A DNA stretch of 64,000 bases from an uncultured Candidatus Saccharibacteria bacterium (GTDB lineage Bacteria > Patescibacteriota > Minisyncoccia > Phycocordibacterales > WO2-35-19). A program made the translations under genes and the position numbers. This document shows positions 1 to 9,578 of this stretch, one piece after another (position 1 is the stretch's first letter; each line of letters opens with the position of its first letter). Under the pieces are notes generated by a model. It saw only the letters and a list, made by a program, of their open reading frames with translations. It was not told the DNA's origin and did no database searches. The DNA is taken from NCBI GenBank assembly GCA_964534305.1, contig CAZHPR010000002.1, positions 27,986-91,985 of the forward strand. The letters run 5' to 3'.

Positions 1-536
1 GGAAAAGTAGCTTATGCAAAATTTTGAAGAAAGAGTCTAAGCTTTACGAACATATAAAATTAGACAATTACTTTAAATCCCCTAAAACATTTCCCAAAAA
101 ATTCGGATTTCCAAATTGGGAATTACCATCAAACTTAAAATTTGGCAGATTATTTGCTGATCTGAATAAACTTAAGGCTGGAAAAATTGTAAAGACGAAA
201 GATTTTCCAAAGAGAAAAGGAGAAAAACGAAAACCAATAACTCTGTATCCCAAAAAATACATTTTGGTAGAAGGATTCATGCTTTTTAAAGATAAGGAGG
301 TTCGGAACTTTCTTGATAAGAAAATTTATCTTGAACTGCCAAAAGAGAAAATAATTGAGAGAAGAAAGATCAGATTCGGGCAAGATCATTTGAATGATTA
401 TGATACCAAAGTAGCTATTCCTGAATTTTTGAAATACGGAGTTACTCAAAAGAAATTTGCAGATTACATTGTAGACGCAAACAGACTACAAGAAAAAGTT
501 ATAAAAGAAGTTCAAAATATTATAGAAACCAAATGA
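1..536 (+). CDS. uridine kinase / phosphoribulokinase-family nucleoside kinase, 5'-truncated at the window edge
   Basis: The reading frame is open from the window start with no in-frame stop before the TTG at 24, so the N-terminal P-loop is expected upstream. The C-terminal part (LVEGFMLF... IYLELPKEKIIERRKIR) resembles the uridine kinase core after the P-loop. Confidence 0.5.
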   Translation, partial: KSSLCKILKKESKLYEHIKLDNYFKSPKTFPKKFGFPNWELPSNLKFGRLFADLNKLKAGKIVKTKDFPKRKGEKRKPITLYPKKYILVEGFMLFKDKEVRNFLDKKIYLELPKEKIIERRKIRFGQDHLNDYDTKVAIPEFLKYGVTQKKFADYIVDANRLQEKVIKEVQNIIETK

Positions 537-767
537 GACCACGTGCTCAAGACCTGTCGTTTTTAATTCTGAAAAAATGTTAAAATAACCTTACCTTGTA
601 ATGAACCGCACGGTTCTAACACGAGACGGCCAGCCCGAAATTTTAATGACTGAAAGGAATATAAAATTTCAATGTCCTGGGCGGAGCGAAGGGTTGAGGG
701 AGAAATTCAAAATCCGGGAATATTGACAAAATATAATAAATTTTGTATTTTTTATTCGGAGGAAATT

Positions 768-1082
768 ATGGGAAAAGTTATTCCCTTCGGAAAACCAACA
801 AAACTACAACCTTGCGTTGAACTACAAAAAGCGATCACTGATTTGATTCCCGGCTTGGAGAAGGTAGGTATCGAGATTGATCCGGTACTAAAAATTCAAG
901 CATACCTTTCCACACTAAGGGGAGTCATTTCGAAAAGTGCTATTGCTACTGGTCGGCAAAACTTAAGGTTGATGAGTACTGAAGACCTGAAAGCAATTGC
1001 ACGAAACAGCAACGAACGCCAATGGAAAACTCGACCAGGATATTTTCGAGCACTGGTCGATGAGATTCGATCGCGCTTATGA
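768..1082 (+). CDS. hypothetical protein (GC-richer than its surroundings)
   Basis: The ORF-track frame runs 672..1082, but the internal ATG at 768 is preceded by GGAGG and by TTGACA...TATAAT-like promoter hexamers. No recognisable domain. Local GC is well above the flanks. Confidence 0.4.
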   Translation: MGKVIPFGKPTKLQPCVELQKAITDLIPGLEKVGIEIDPVLKIQAYLSTLRGVISKSAIATGRQNLRLMSTEDLKAIARNSNERQWKTRPGYFRALVDEIRSRL

Positions 1083-1179
1083 ACCCATCAAACAGAGGCC
1101 TGCTCTGCGTTGGTGGGTTTTCTGTTATAGTTCAGTCAGTTCTGTTCTAATATCTTCCTAGGCGGCCAGCTGTTTTCTC

Positions 1180-1247
1180 TATTTGATTTCAATCTCGTGG
1201 AGGTATAGAGTTATGGTGTATTAGTATCTAGCCAAAATATATGGAAA
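1180..1247 (+). repeat. 68-bp direct repeat, copy 1 (includes the start codon of the downstream gene)
   Basis: The sequence tatttgatttcaatctcgtggaggtatagagttatggtgtattagtatctagccaaaatatatggaaa matches 3022..3089 with one mismatch. Confidence 0.9.
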
Positions 1248-1906
1248 AATTAGAAAAAACTTCAGAGGCCGATACTAATATAGGATATTGGGAAAAGGTT
1301 CTGGGTGATCCAACTCCCGCATATCAGGAATTATTTGATGCTGAAAAAGAATATTTGGTAAGCCACATTCCAAACGGTTCCAGAGTTTTAGATATCGGGT
1401 GTGGAGAGGGTAGAAATATGAAAAGTATTTTGGAAGCGACCCGCAACGTTTACGGGGTTGATATGGATACCAAAGCCGTAGAAGATGCTAAAAATAACTT
1501 TAAAGATGTAGAAGGTGTTCGGGTTGTCCAAGGAGAAGCAAAAGCCTTACCTTTTGAGGATAAATCATTTGATGTGGCTACTCTTTTGATGATTTTGCCC
1601 AATTTGGATAATGATAAAGAAGCCTCTTTCAAAGAAGCCGCTAGAGTTCTCAAAGATAATGGTTTTATAGTAGTTAGCACTTTTGCCGAAACCGCTTTTG
1701 ATGAAAGAATGAAGGTATACAAGCAAGTTAATGTACCCATTGAAAAAATTGACGGAACAAAATTTATATTTAAAAATGGAGTAATTTCTGAACAATTTTC
1801 ATTGGAAGAAATTGAAAATTTGGCAAAATCAGCAGGACTTATAATTTCTGAACATCAGAAAGTTGGGACTATAGCTTATATTTGTAAGTTGGTAAAAAAT
1901 CATTAG
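1241..1906 (+). CDS. class I SAM-dependent methyltransferase
   Basis: Motif I VLDIGCGEGRN plus an acidic motif II/post-I pattern. Size (221 aa) is typical of small-molecule MTases. Confidence 0.75.
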   Translation: MEKLEKTSEADTNIGYWEKVLGDPTPAYQELFDAEKEYLVSHIPNGSRVLDIGCGEGRNMKSILEATRNVYGVDMDTKAVEDAKNNFKDVEGVRVVQGEAKALPFEDKSFDVATLLMILPNLDNDKEASFKEAARVLKDNGFIVVSTFAETAFDERMKVYKQVNVPIEKIDGTKFIFKNGVISEQFSLEEIENLAKSAGLIISEHQKVGTIAYICKLVKNH

Positions 1907-1929
1907 CCACTACCTATTTTTGATAAAGA

Positions 1930-2559
1930 ATGAAAGAATTTGATGCAAAAACATATAAAGATGGAAAAGGAGATTTTAATAACGAGGATGAAAACTTATT
2001 AATCTCCCTTCTTAAAACAGACCAAAATCCAAAAAGGATGCTTGATATTGGATGCGGCGATGGAAAATTGACGAAGCGAATAAAAAATCAATTTCCCAAC
2101 ATTGAGATAGTCGCTATAGATAACTCTTCCGACCAAATTGAGATGGCTACCTCTGAACCAAGCGAAATCAGTTTTCAGTTAGTAGACATAGTGGATTATT
2201 CTCCCGAATTAAAATTTGATTGTACATATTCTTTTTATGTTTTTCCTCATATACCAAAAAGTGAGTTGCTACTGGCGCTCAAATCTGTAAAAGAATTGCT
2301 TGAAAAAGAAGGGGTATTTTATCTCTTCACTAATATATGTCTTTTTGATACTTCCAAAGCTACTCTGGAAGATCAGGAAGCTTGTGATATTGTATTTCTA
2401 AACAACTGGCCATCTCAAATAAATCTGGTAGATATGGACGAAATGAAGAAGATGATTACTGGCGCTGGATTTGAAATTATTCAGGATAAAAGATTAGAAA
2501 CTGGAGCCAAGGTTAAGGATTACGGAGATATGATTTCTTGGATGTTTGTTTTAAGATAA
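1930..2559 (+). CDS. class I SAM-dependent methyltransferase (second, paralogous)
   Basis: Motif I MLDIGCGDGKLT. It lies 24 bp after the previous MTase. Confidence 0.7.
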   Translation: MKEFDAKTYKDGKGDFNNEDENLLISLLKTDQNPKRMLDIGCGDGKLTKRIKNQFPNIEIVAIDNSSDQIEMATSEPSEISFQLVDIVDYSPELKFDCTYSFYVFPHIPKSELLLALKSVKELLEKEGVFYLFTNICLFDTSKATLEDQEACDIVFLNNWPSQINLVDMDEMKKMITGAGFEIIQDKRLETGAKVKDYGDMISWMFVLR

Positions 2560-2563
2560 ATAT

Positions 2564-3010
2564 ATGGAAAATTCAGAAGAAAAGATTTGTTTTTATGAAA
2601 GAGAGTTTTACCCGCTTTCTAACTTCTCCTCATTTGCTTTGGAGTGGAAAGGGGTGCTCTATATGACTTCCGAACATGCCTACCACAGCGAGAAATTTAC
2701 TGATCCGGATATAATAGAAAAGATAAAAAACGCGAGATCGGCTCATGATGCTTTTAAGCTCTCAAGAGAATACGAAGATAAAGTGAGGCCGGATTGGCTG
2801 GATGTGCGAGTAGTCGTCATGGAAGAAATAATCAGAGCAAAGGTTGATCAGCATCCATATGTAAAAAAGAAGTTGCTTGAAACTGGAGACAAAGAAATTG
2901 TGGAGGATTCTTGGAGAGATGATTTTTGGGGTTGGGGTCCAAATAAAGATGGACAAAACCAGCTAGGAAAGATTTGGATGAAGGTGAGGGAAGATATAAA
3001 ATCAAAGTAA
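2564..3010 (+). CDS. NADAR (DUF1768, YbiA-like) domain protein
   Basis: FYxxxFYPLSNFS...TSEHAYHSEKF...DW...VMEEIIRAKVDQHP...WGWGPNKDGQNQLGKIWMKVR matches the NADAR signature (LSNF, EH, WG.G.dG.N.LG). Confidence 0.8.
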   Translation: MENSEEKICFYEREFYPLSNFSSFALEWKGVLYMTSEHAYHSEKFTDPDIIEKIKNARSAHDAFKLSREYEDKVRPDWLDVRVVVMEEIIRAKVDQHPYVKKKLLETGDKEIVEDSWRDDFWGWGPNKDGQNQLGKIWMKVREDIKSK

Positions 3011-3021
3011 ATTTATATTTG

Positions 3022-3089
3022 TATTTGATTTCAATCTCGTGGAGGTATAGAGTTATGGGGTATTAGTATCTAGCCAAAATATATGGAAA
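3022..3089 (+). repeat. 68-bp direct repeat, copy 2 (includes the start codon of the SPFH gene)
   Basis: 67/68 identical to 1180..1247. Confidence 0.9.
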
Positions 3090-3829
3090 TAACAATTGGG
3101 ATTATAATCCTTATGATTGTGCTTGTAAGCATCAAGCAGGTCAATCAATATGAGAGGGGGGTTCGCTTTACTCTAGGCAAATTTACAAATATTATGGAGC
3201 CAGGATGGAGACTGGTACTTCCAATATTTCAGTCTTATCAGAAGGTTGATATGCGTGTAAAGGCAGTAGATGTGCCAGACCAAAATGCAATCACCAGAGA
3301 CAATGTCTCTGTTGCGGTCAATGCCGTTATTTATTACAAAGTATCTTCGGCAGAGAAAGCGATTATCGAAGTAGAAGACTTTTATTATGCGGTGTCTCAG
3401 TATGCTCAGACAACAATGAGAAATATTGTTGGAGAAGTTACGCTAGACGAGCTTCTTGCTGGCAGGGAAAAGATTGCAGACAGGATAAGGGAAATCGTAG
3501 ACAAGGAGACGGACGCTTGGGGTCTCAAGGTCAACAATGTTGAACTCAAAGATATAAAGCTTCCAGAGACAATGGAGCGTACAATAGCAAAGCAGGCTGA
3601 AGCAGAGAGGGAGAAGAGAGCGGTCATCATAACTTCAGAAGGAGAGCTCGCCGCAGCGCAAAACATGGCCGGGGCGGCAAAGATACTCGCAGCTTCCGAT
3701 GGAGCTTTGCACCTAAGGACACTTCAGGCTATAAATGATATCTCTTCTGATCAGTCAAATACGGTAGTCTTTACTCTCCCTCTTGAGATAGTGAAGGCAT
3801 TTACAGGTTATAAAAAGGAAGAAAAATAA
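3083..3829 (+). CDS. SPFH/band-7 (stomatin/prohibitin-like) membrane protein
   Basis: An N-terminal TM helix is followed by YERGVRFTLGKF and an AEAEREKRA coiled region typical of SPFH domains. Confidence 0.8.
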   Translation: MEITIGIIILMIVLVSIKQVNQYERGVRFTLGKFTNIMEPGWRLVLPIFQSYQKVDMRVKAVDVPDQNAITRDNVSVAVNAVIYYKVSSAEKAIIEVEDFYYAVSQYAQTTMRNIVGEVTLDELLAGREKIADRIREIVDKETDAWGLKVNNVELKDIKLPETMERTIAKQAEAEREKRAVIITSEGELAAAQNMAGAAKILAASDGALHLRTLQAINDISSDQSNTVVFTLPLEIVKAFTGYKKEEK

Positions 3830-3836
3830 TTAAACA

Positions 3837-4733
3837 ATGAGAAAGTCTCTCTTTTTAATCTTTGTTTTGTTGGTGTTTGGAGCTTTCGCTATTTACTCTT
3901 ATGGTGATGGAGAGGCGAGGGTGTTTTTTGTGGGGGATATTTCTCTCGATAGACATATAAGGGTGGTGGCAGAGAAAAGAGGAGGAGACTTCTTGTTTTC
4001 TTGCATCGGAGACTTTTTGAAAGAAGCTGATGTGGTTGTTGGCAATCTCGAGGGGCCCATTACAGAAAAAGAATCTATAAGCAAAGGTTCTGCTATCGGT
4101 AGTCCCCAAAACTTTATTTTTACATTTCCGACGACGACAGCGAAGCTTTTGCATAAATACAATATAAGGTTGGTAAATCTTGGTAATAATCACTCTGACG
4201 ATTTTGGTAAAGAAGGTCTTCTTTCTACCCAAAAATATTTAGATGATGCTGGTATAAAATACTTTGGTGGTGTATTCGGATTAGAGCCGATCGTTTACAA
4301 AAATATTGGCGGTATTGATTTTGTATTCATTTCTTACAACCAGTTTGGCGGTTTATCCAGAGAGGAAGTGGCAAAAATTATCAAAAAAGAAAAAACAGAT
4401 GAGAACAAGATTGTTGTTTATACTCACTGGGGTGAAGAATATGTCCCGCCAAGTCAGTCAATAAAGGATACGGCAAGATTGTTTGCAGAGAGCGGCGCGG
4501 ATTTTGTAATAGGCTCTCATCCGCACGTGGTGCTAGAGAGAGAATCTATCAATCTTAGTAAGGACAAAAAAACATTTGTTTATTATTCTCTTGGCAACTT
4601 CTTATTTGACCAATACTGGAACAGCGATGTCTCTACCGGTCTTGTCTTGGAGCTTAATATAAAAAATAAAAAAATTGCTATTGCTGAACACAAAGTCTCT
4701 CTTGGTCGCGACGGCCGCACCTGCCTCAAATAA
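3837..4733 (+). CDS. CapA/PGA-cap family metallophosphatase-like protein
   Basis: Signal/TM helix, then the motifs GDISLDR, GNLEGPIT, NLGNNHSDDFG, YTHWGEEY and GSHPHV, characteristic of the CapA family. Confidence 0.75.
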   Translation: MRKSLFLIFVLLVFGAFAIYSYGDGEARVFFVGDISLDRHIRVVAEKRGGDFLFSCIGDFLKEADVVVGNLEGPITEKESISKGSAIGSPQNFIFTFPTTTAKLLHKYNIRLVNLGNNHSDDFGKEGLLSTQKYLDDAGIKYFGGVFGLEPIVYKNIGGIDFVFISYNQFGGLSREEVAKIIKKEKTDENKIVVYTHWGEEYVPPSQSIKDTARLFAESGADFVIGSHPHVVLERESINLSKDKKTFVYYSLGNFLFDQYWNSDVSTGLVLELNIKNKKIAIAEHKVSLGRDGRTCLK

Positions 4734-4786
4734 TTCCAAGGACCGTCCTTGGAAAAAATGAGGTCTTTAAAAATTAAAATTTATAT

Positions 4787-5041
4787 ATGCAAAAGATGTG
4801 GTTTAAAACAAAAAATTATGGGTGGGGTTGGGTACCAATATCTTGGGAGGGATGGGTTGCAACTACTTTTTATGTTCTGGGTATCGTTTATATTTTGTTG
4901 GAGAGAGACAGGGATGCATTGTTAGGTAATAATAGTTGGCTAAATCTTGCAATTAAATTTGTTTTAATAACCGTTATATTTTCAATTATTGCTTATAAGA
5001 AGGGGGGTAAACCAAAGTGGCAATGGGGAGAAGATAAATAA
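4787..5041 (+). CDS. hypothetical small membrane protein
   Basis: Two predicted TM helices, Trp-rich. Bounded by hairpins on both sides. Confidence 0.4.
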   Translation: MQKMWFKTKNYGWGWVPISWEGWVATTFYVLGIVYILLERDRDALLGNNSWLNLAIKFVLITVIFSIIAYKKGGKPKWQWGEDK

Positions 5042-5197
5042 CCCACCCTTACCTTTCCAAGGGTAGCCCTTGGAAAAAATGAGGGCTTTAGATAAGGGTT
5101 TTTGGAAGGTTGGAGTGATATCCACCTTTTTGTTTTTTGGCTGGCCTTTGGCGGTGGTATATTACAGAGTGTAAATTATAAATTGATAAATAGAGAT

Positions 5198-6847
5198 ATG
5201 GCAGTAAAAAAGAAGCACAAGTATATATTTGTAATCGGTGGAGTGATGTCCGGAGTCGGTAAAGGTATAACCACAGCATCTATCGGTACGGTTTTGGAGT
5301 CCAAAGGTTATAAAGTTTCTTTGATAAAAGCAGATCCATATCTCAACGTAGACGCAGGAACAATGAACCCCACTGAACACGGTGAGGTTTTTGTTATGGA
5401 CTCTGGACTAGAGACTGATCAGGATATGGGAAATTATGAAAGATTTCTCGGGCTCTCACTGCCGCCGGAGAATTATATGACAAACGGGATGGTATTTAAG
5501 TATGTTATAGACAAGGAACGAGCTCTCGGATACAAGGGCAAGTGTGTTGAGCCGGTCTACCATATCACAGAAGAGATTTTGAGGAGAATAAAGAAATCTG
5601 TAGACAAGACTGGAGCGGAAATCACTGTTTTTGAAATAGGTGGCACTGTCGGTGAATATCAAAATGCAATATTTATTGAAGCGGCAAGAATGCTCAAACT
5701 ACAAAACCCAAAAGATGTGCTCTTTGTATTGGTGAGCTATTTCCCAATACCTTCCAAGATTGGTGAGATGAAGACCAAGCCTACCCAAAATGCTGTTCGC
5801 CAACTCTCATCTTATGGTGTTAATGCGGACATTATCGTTGCAAGGAGCGAAGAGCCTTTAGACAACAAGAGAAAAGAAAAAGTTTCTCTTTCTTGTGGTA
5901 TACCAGTAGAAAACGTTATTTCTGCACCTGATATAGATTCTATATACGAGGTACCTATAAATTTTGATGAAGGGAGAATATCGGAGATAATCCTAAAATC
6001 ATTTAATCTCAAACCTAGAAAAAAAGATTTGGTAGAATGGCGATCTTTTGTAAATAAATTTAAGAATAGCAAGAAAGAAGTTAGGATCGGTATTGTCGGC
6101 AAATATTTTGATACTGGCAGTTTTGTACTTTCAGATGCTTACATTTCTGTGATTGAAGCGATAAAGATATCGGCTGCAAACCTCGGACTCAAGGCCAAAA
6201 TAGATTGGCTAAATGCAAAGGATTATGAAAAGGATAGTAAGTTGCTCGATAATCTCTCGCATTATCATGGGATACTTGTACCAGGTGGTTTTGGAGAAGC
6301 GGGGATTGAAGGGAAGATAAGAGCTATAAAGTTTTGTAGAGAAAACAAGATCCCTTTTTTTGGTCTCTGTTATGGTATGCAGCTTGCGGTTGTGGAGTTT
6401 GCACGATCTGTCTTGGGGCTTAAGGATGCAAACACAACTGAGATAAATCCAAAAACAAAAAATCCCATAATAGACATTTTGCCAGAACAGAAGAAGCTCT
6501 TAGAGCAGAGCAGAATGGGAGGCACCATGAGGCTTGGGTCTTATCCGTGTCTTTTGAAGAAAGGGACTATTGCCAGAAATGCTTACAATAGTGAGGTGGT
6601 AAGAGAGAGACACAGACACCGCTACGAGGTCAACCCTGAATTTATAGAAAAAATAGAAAAGGCAGGCATGGTCTTTTCTGGGATTTCTCCGGATGGTAGG
6701 CTTATGGAAATCGCAGAATTGCCCAAAGATGTGCATCCATTTTTCCTTGGTACTCAATTCCACCCAGAATTCCTCGCTCGCCCTCTCTCTCCGCACCCTC
6801 TCTTTACTCAATTTATAAAATCAGCAAATACAAGAAAAATTAAATAA
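5198..6847 (+). CDS. pyrG: CTP synthase
   Basis: GGVMSGVGKGITTASIG N-terminal synthetase motif and a C-terminal GATase domain (GLCYGMQ, HPEF). The start is taken at the internal ATG (MAVKKKHKYIFV), not the longer frame that begins at 5102. Confidence 0.9.
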   Translation: MAVKKKHKYIFVIGGVMSGVGKGITTASIGTVLESKGYKVSLIKADPYLNVDAGTMNPTEHGEVFVMDSGLETDQDMGNYERFLGLSLPPENYMTNGMVFKYVIDKERALGYKGKCVEPVYHITEEILRRIKKSVDKTGAEITVFEIGGTVGEYQNAIFIEAARMLKLQNPKDVLFVLVSYFPIPSKIGEMKTKPTQNAVRQLSSYGVNADIIVARSEEPLDNKRKEKVSLSCGIPVENVISAPDIDSIYEVPINFDEGRISEIILKSFNLKPRKKDLVEWRSFVNKFKNSKKEVRIGIVGKYFDTGSFVLSDAYISVIEAIKISAANLGLKAKIDWLNAKDYEKDSKLLDNLSHYHGILVPGGFGEAGIEGKIRAIKFCRENKIPFFGLCYGMQLAVVEFARSVLGLKDANTTEINPKTKNPIIDILPEQKKLLEQSRMGGTMRLGSYPCLLKKGTIARNAYNSEVVRERHRHRYEVNPEFIEKIEKAGMVFSGISPDGRLMEIAELPKDVHPFFLGTQFHPEFLARPLSPHPLFTQFIKSANTRKIK

Positions 6848-6873
6848 TTTTTCTGCTATAATCTGCTCTATCT

Positions 6874-8520
6874 ATGACCCAGAAGGAGGCTTTGGACATA
6901 CTCAAAAGTGGAGAAAATGTGTTTATTACCGGGGCGGCGGGAAGCGGTAAGACCTTTGTGTTGAATGAATATATAAAATATCTAAAGGAACACAATGTCG
7001 ATGTGGGTATCACAGCCTCCACAGGCATCGCAGCGACTCATATGGGCGGAGTTACCATCCACTCTTGGGCTGGTATGGGAATAAAAAACAAACTTACAAA
7101 TTCAGATATAGATGAGATAGTAGAAAAACAGTACTTAAAAAATAAATTAAAAAATGTGAGCGTCCTTGTGATAGATGAGATATCTATGCTGCATCACTTT
7201 CGACTTGATATGGTAGACAGGATACTAAGAAGAGCCAAAAACAAAGAAAGAGAACCATTTGGAGGTATCCAAGTTGTACTTTCTGGAGATTTTTTTCAGC
7301 TACCACCAGTGTCTAGGGCAGAAGAAGGTAAATCTTTTTTTGCCTATCATTCGGACGCTTGGAAGGAAGCCGGTTTTAAAATTTCTTATTTGCACGAGCA
7401 GTATAGACAAGAATCTTCTGATTATCTAAGAGTGCTCAATTCTATAAGAGATAACAATATTGATTCTTATGTTGTAAAGATGCTTGAGTCAAGGTTTAAC
7501 AAAGAGATAAAACATGATAGCTACACCAGGTTGTATTCTCATAACTCGAGTGTCGATACCGAAAACCACAAAGAATTGGAGAGGATATCTGGCAGATTTG
7601 TGGAGTATCAAATGAGAAGTCGGGGAAACAGAAACCTAGTCGAGCTCCTAAAGAAGAGCTGCCTGGCGCCAGAGAGACTTGTTTTGAAGGAGGGGGCAAG
7701 GGTGATGTTTGTAAAAAATAATTTTGAACTAGGCTTTGTGAACGGTACTTTGGGTGTGGTCGCAAAGTGTTCTGAGGATAGTATAAAAATTAGAACCCTA
7801 GAAGGTAAGTTTATAGATGTAGAAGAGGATTCTTGGACAATAGAAGAAGAGGGCAAGATAAAAGCAGAGATAGTACAATATCCGCTCCGGCTTGCCTGGG
7901 CTATCACAGTGCACAAGAGTCAGGGAATGTCTCTTGATGCCGCTGAGATTGATCTATCAAGTTCGTTTGAAAGTGGTATGGGCTACGTAGCTCTCTCTAG
8001 GGTCAGATCACTCGATGGTCTTTATCTAAAAGGTATAAACGATATAGCACTAAAGGTAAATGAGGAGGTGCTTGAATTTGATAGGAGTTTTAGAGAAGCC
8101 TCTGACTCTGCATCAAGCGAGCTAAGGAAAAACAAAAGAGCGCATATAGAAAGTAAACATAATGATTTTATAAAAAAAGTTGGAAATAAAAATAAAGGTA
8201 AAAAAGAGAAGATAGACACGGTTAGTATGACAAAGAATATGCTTTTAGAAGAGCTGTCCATAAAGGAGATCGCCGCACTCAGGAATCTAAAGGAAGAAAC
8301 AATAATCTCTCATATAGAAGAGATACTAGAGAAAGAACCAAATTTTAATATAAAGTTTTTGCAAAAAAGCATCTCTCATTCTCGGCTAGAAAAAATAATC
8401 TCTGCGTTCAGGAAAGTTGGAGTCCAGGAGGGTGGTAAAAGACCGCTCTCACCGGTCAAAAATATCCTAGGCCCCAGCTACTCTTTTAGTGAGATAAGGC
8501 TCGCAAGACTTTTTCTTTAA
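6874..8520 (+). CDS. PIF1/RecD-like P-loop DNA helicase
   Basis: Walker A GAAGSGKTF, ATSTGIAA, a DExx-like VIDEISML, and C-terminal TVHKSQG / YVALSR motifs of the PIF1/AAA_30-UvrD_C_2 family. Confidence 0.65.
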   Translation: MTQKEALDILKSGENVFITGAAGSGKTFVLNEYIKYLKEHNVDVGITASTGIAATHMGGVTIHSWAGMGIKNKLTNSDIDEIVEKQYLKNKLKNVSVLVIDEISMLHHFRLDMVDRILRRAKNKEREPFGGIQVVLSGDFFQLPPVSRAEEGKSFFAYHSDAWKEAGFKISYLHEQYRQESSDYLRVLNSIRDNNIDSYVVKMLESRFNKEIKHDSYTRLYSHNSSVDTENHKELERISGRFVEYQMRSRGNRNLVELLKKSCLAPERLVLKEGARVMFVKNNFELGFVNGTLGVVAKCSEDSIKIRTLEGKFIDVEEDSWTIEEEGKIKAEIVQYPLRLAWAITVHKSQGMSLDAAEIDLSSSFESGMGYVALSRVRSLDGLYLKGINDIALKVNEEVLEFDRSFREASDSASSELRKNKRAHIESKHNDFIKKVGNKNKGKKEKIDTVSMTKNMLLEELSIKEIAALRNLKEETIISHIEEILEKEPNFNIKFLQKSISHSRLEKIISAFRKVGVQEGGKRPLSPVKNILGPSYSFSEIRLARLFL

Positions 8521-8584
8521 AAACCCTCTTTTATTATTTTTTGTCAATACTTTGTTTTTGTAGCATAAATGATAAAATATCGTA

Positions 8585-9223
8585 ATGAAAAAAATACTTT
8601 GGATAGTGATAACTTTATTAGTTTTGGTCGGTCTTTATTTCCTTTTTTCTAGTGGGGCTCCGAAGATAGAGCCGAAGTTGGAAGCTGGTATTTTGCATCC
8701 ATTGGACAACGTAAAGGGTAATAGAGAGGCTAAGGTTGTGCTTATGGAGTACAGCGACTTCGAATGTCCTGCTTGTCGGAGCTATTATCTAGTAGTTAGA
8801 CAAATTATGGAGGAATATGGTGATAGAGTAGCCTTTGTCTATAGACATTTTCCACTTACGGGGATACACGCAAATGCTGAATTTGCGGCAAGAGCGGCTG
8901 AAGCTGCGGGTAAGCAGGGTAAGTTTTGGGAGATGCACGATCTGCTTTTTGAGAAGCAGTCTGAGTGGTCAAAATCTGCAAAAGCTCCGGAGATGTTTGA
9001 ATCCTATGCCAAGCTCCTTGATCTAAATGTAGAACAGTTCGTTATTGATTGGAAAAGCAAGGAGGTAAAAAACTTTGTTTCTGCCCAAAGAGTTCATTCT
9101 CTAAAGTCTGGTCTTCAAGGTACTCCAACATTCTTTATAAATGGAAAACAAATACAAAACCCAGATTCTGTTGAGCAGTTTAGAAAAATTATTTCTGAGG
9201 CAATTTCCAACACCTCAAATTAG
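8585..9223 (+). CDS. DsbA-family thiol:disulfide oxidoreductase (membrane-anchored)
   Basis: N-terminal TM helix and a thioredoxin fold with a CPAC active site (FECPACRSY). Confidence 0.75.
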   Translation: MKKILWIVITLLVLVGLYFLFSSGAPKIEPKLEAGILHPLDNVKGNREAKVVLMEYSDFECPACRSYYLVVRQIMEEYGDRVAFVYRHFPLTGIHANAEFAARAAEAAGKQGKFWEMHDLLFEKQSEWSKSAKAPEMFESYAKLLDLNVEQFVIDWKSKEVKNFVSAQRVHSLKSGLQGTPTFFINGKQIQNPDSVEQFRKIISEAISNTSN

Positions 9224-9280
9224 CTATAAATAATCAACAACTATATCTTTTATTGTTTCTTTTGGTGATATAATTGTTGC

Positions 9281-9577
9281 ATGGAAGAGATCTCTTATAT
9301 CGATACTTATTTTGCAGTAGCTTCTATTGCAACTATTGCTGTGGCTGGACTTCTTGTGATGATACTCTTTTATATCATCGCCGTTTTACGAGACATAAAA
9401 AAGCTTTCTGGTCTTGCAAGAAAAGAGGCAGAAATGATTGCGAGAAGTGTTCAAAAAGGAGCAGAAATATTCGGTAGTGAACTATCAAATGAGGCAGCAG
9501 GCTTTTTAAGGGCAGTATTTGCTCTGTTTATATCCAAAGTTTCGGCTCCTGCTAAGAGGCCTAGAAGAAAAATCTAA
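9281..9577 (+). CDS. hypothetical small membrane protein
   Basis: One TM helix followed by a charged coiled region. No recognised domain. Confidence 0.35.
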   Translation: MEEISYIDTYFAVASIATIAVAGLLVMILFYIIAVLRDIKKLSGLARKEAEMIARSVQKGAEIFGSELSNEAAGFLRAVFALFISKVSAPAKRPRRKI

Positions 9578-9578
9578 C

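Noticed and set aside
5102-5197. N-terminal 32-aa extension of pyrG (MEGWSDIHLFVFW...)
   Set aside because: The canonical CTP synthase N-terminus begins at the internal Met (MAVKKKHKYIFVIGGVMSG). The extension is an artefact of picking the longest ORF.
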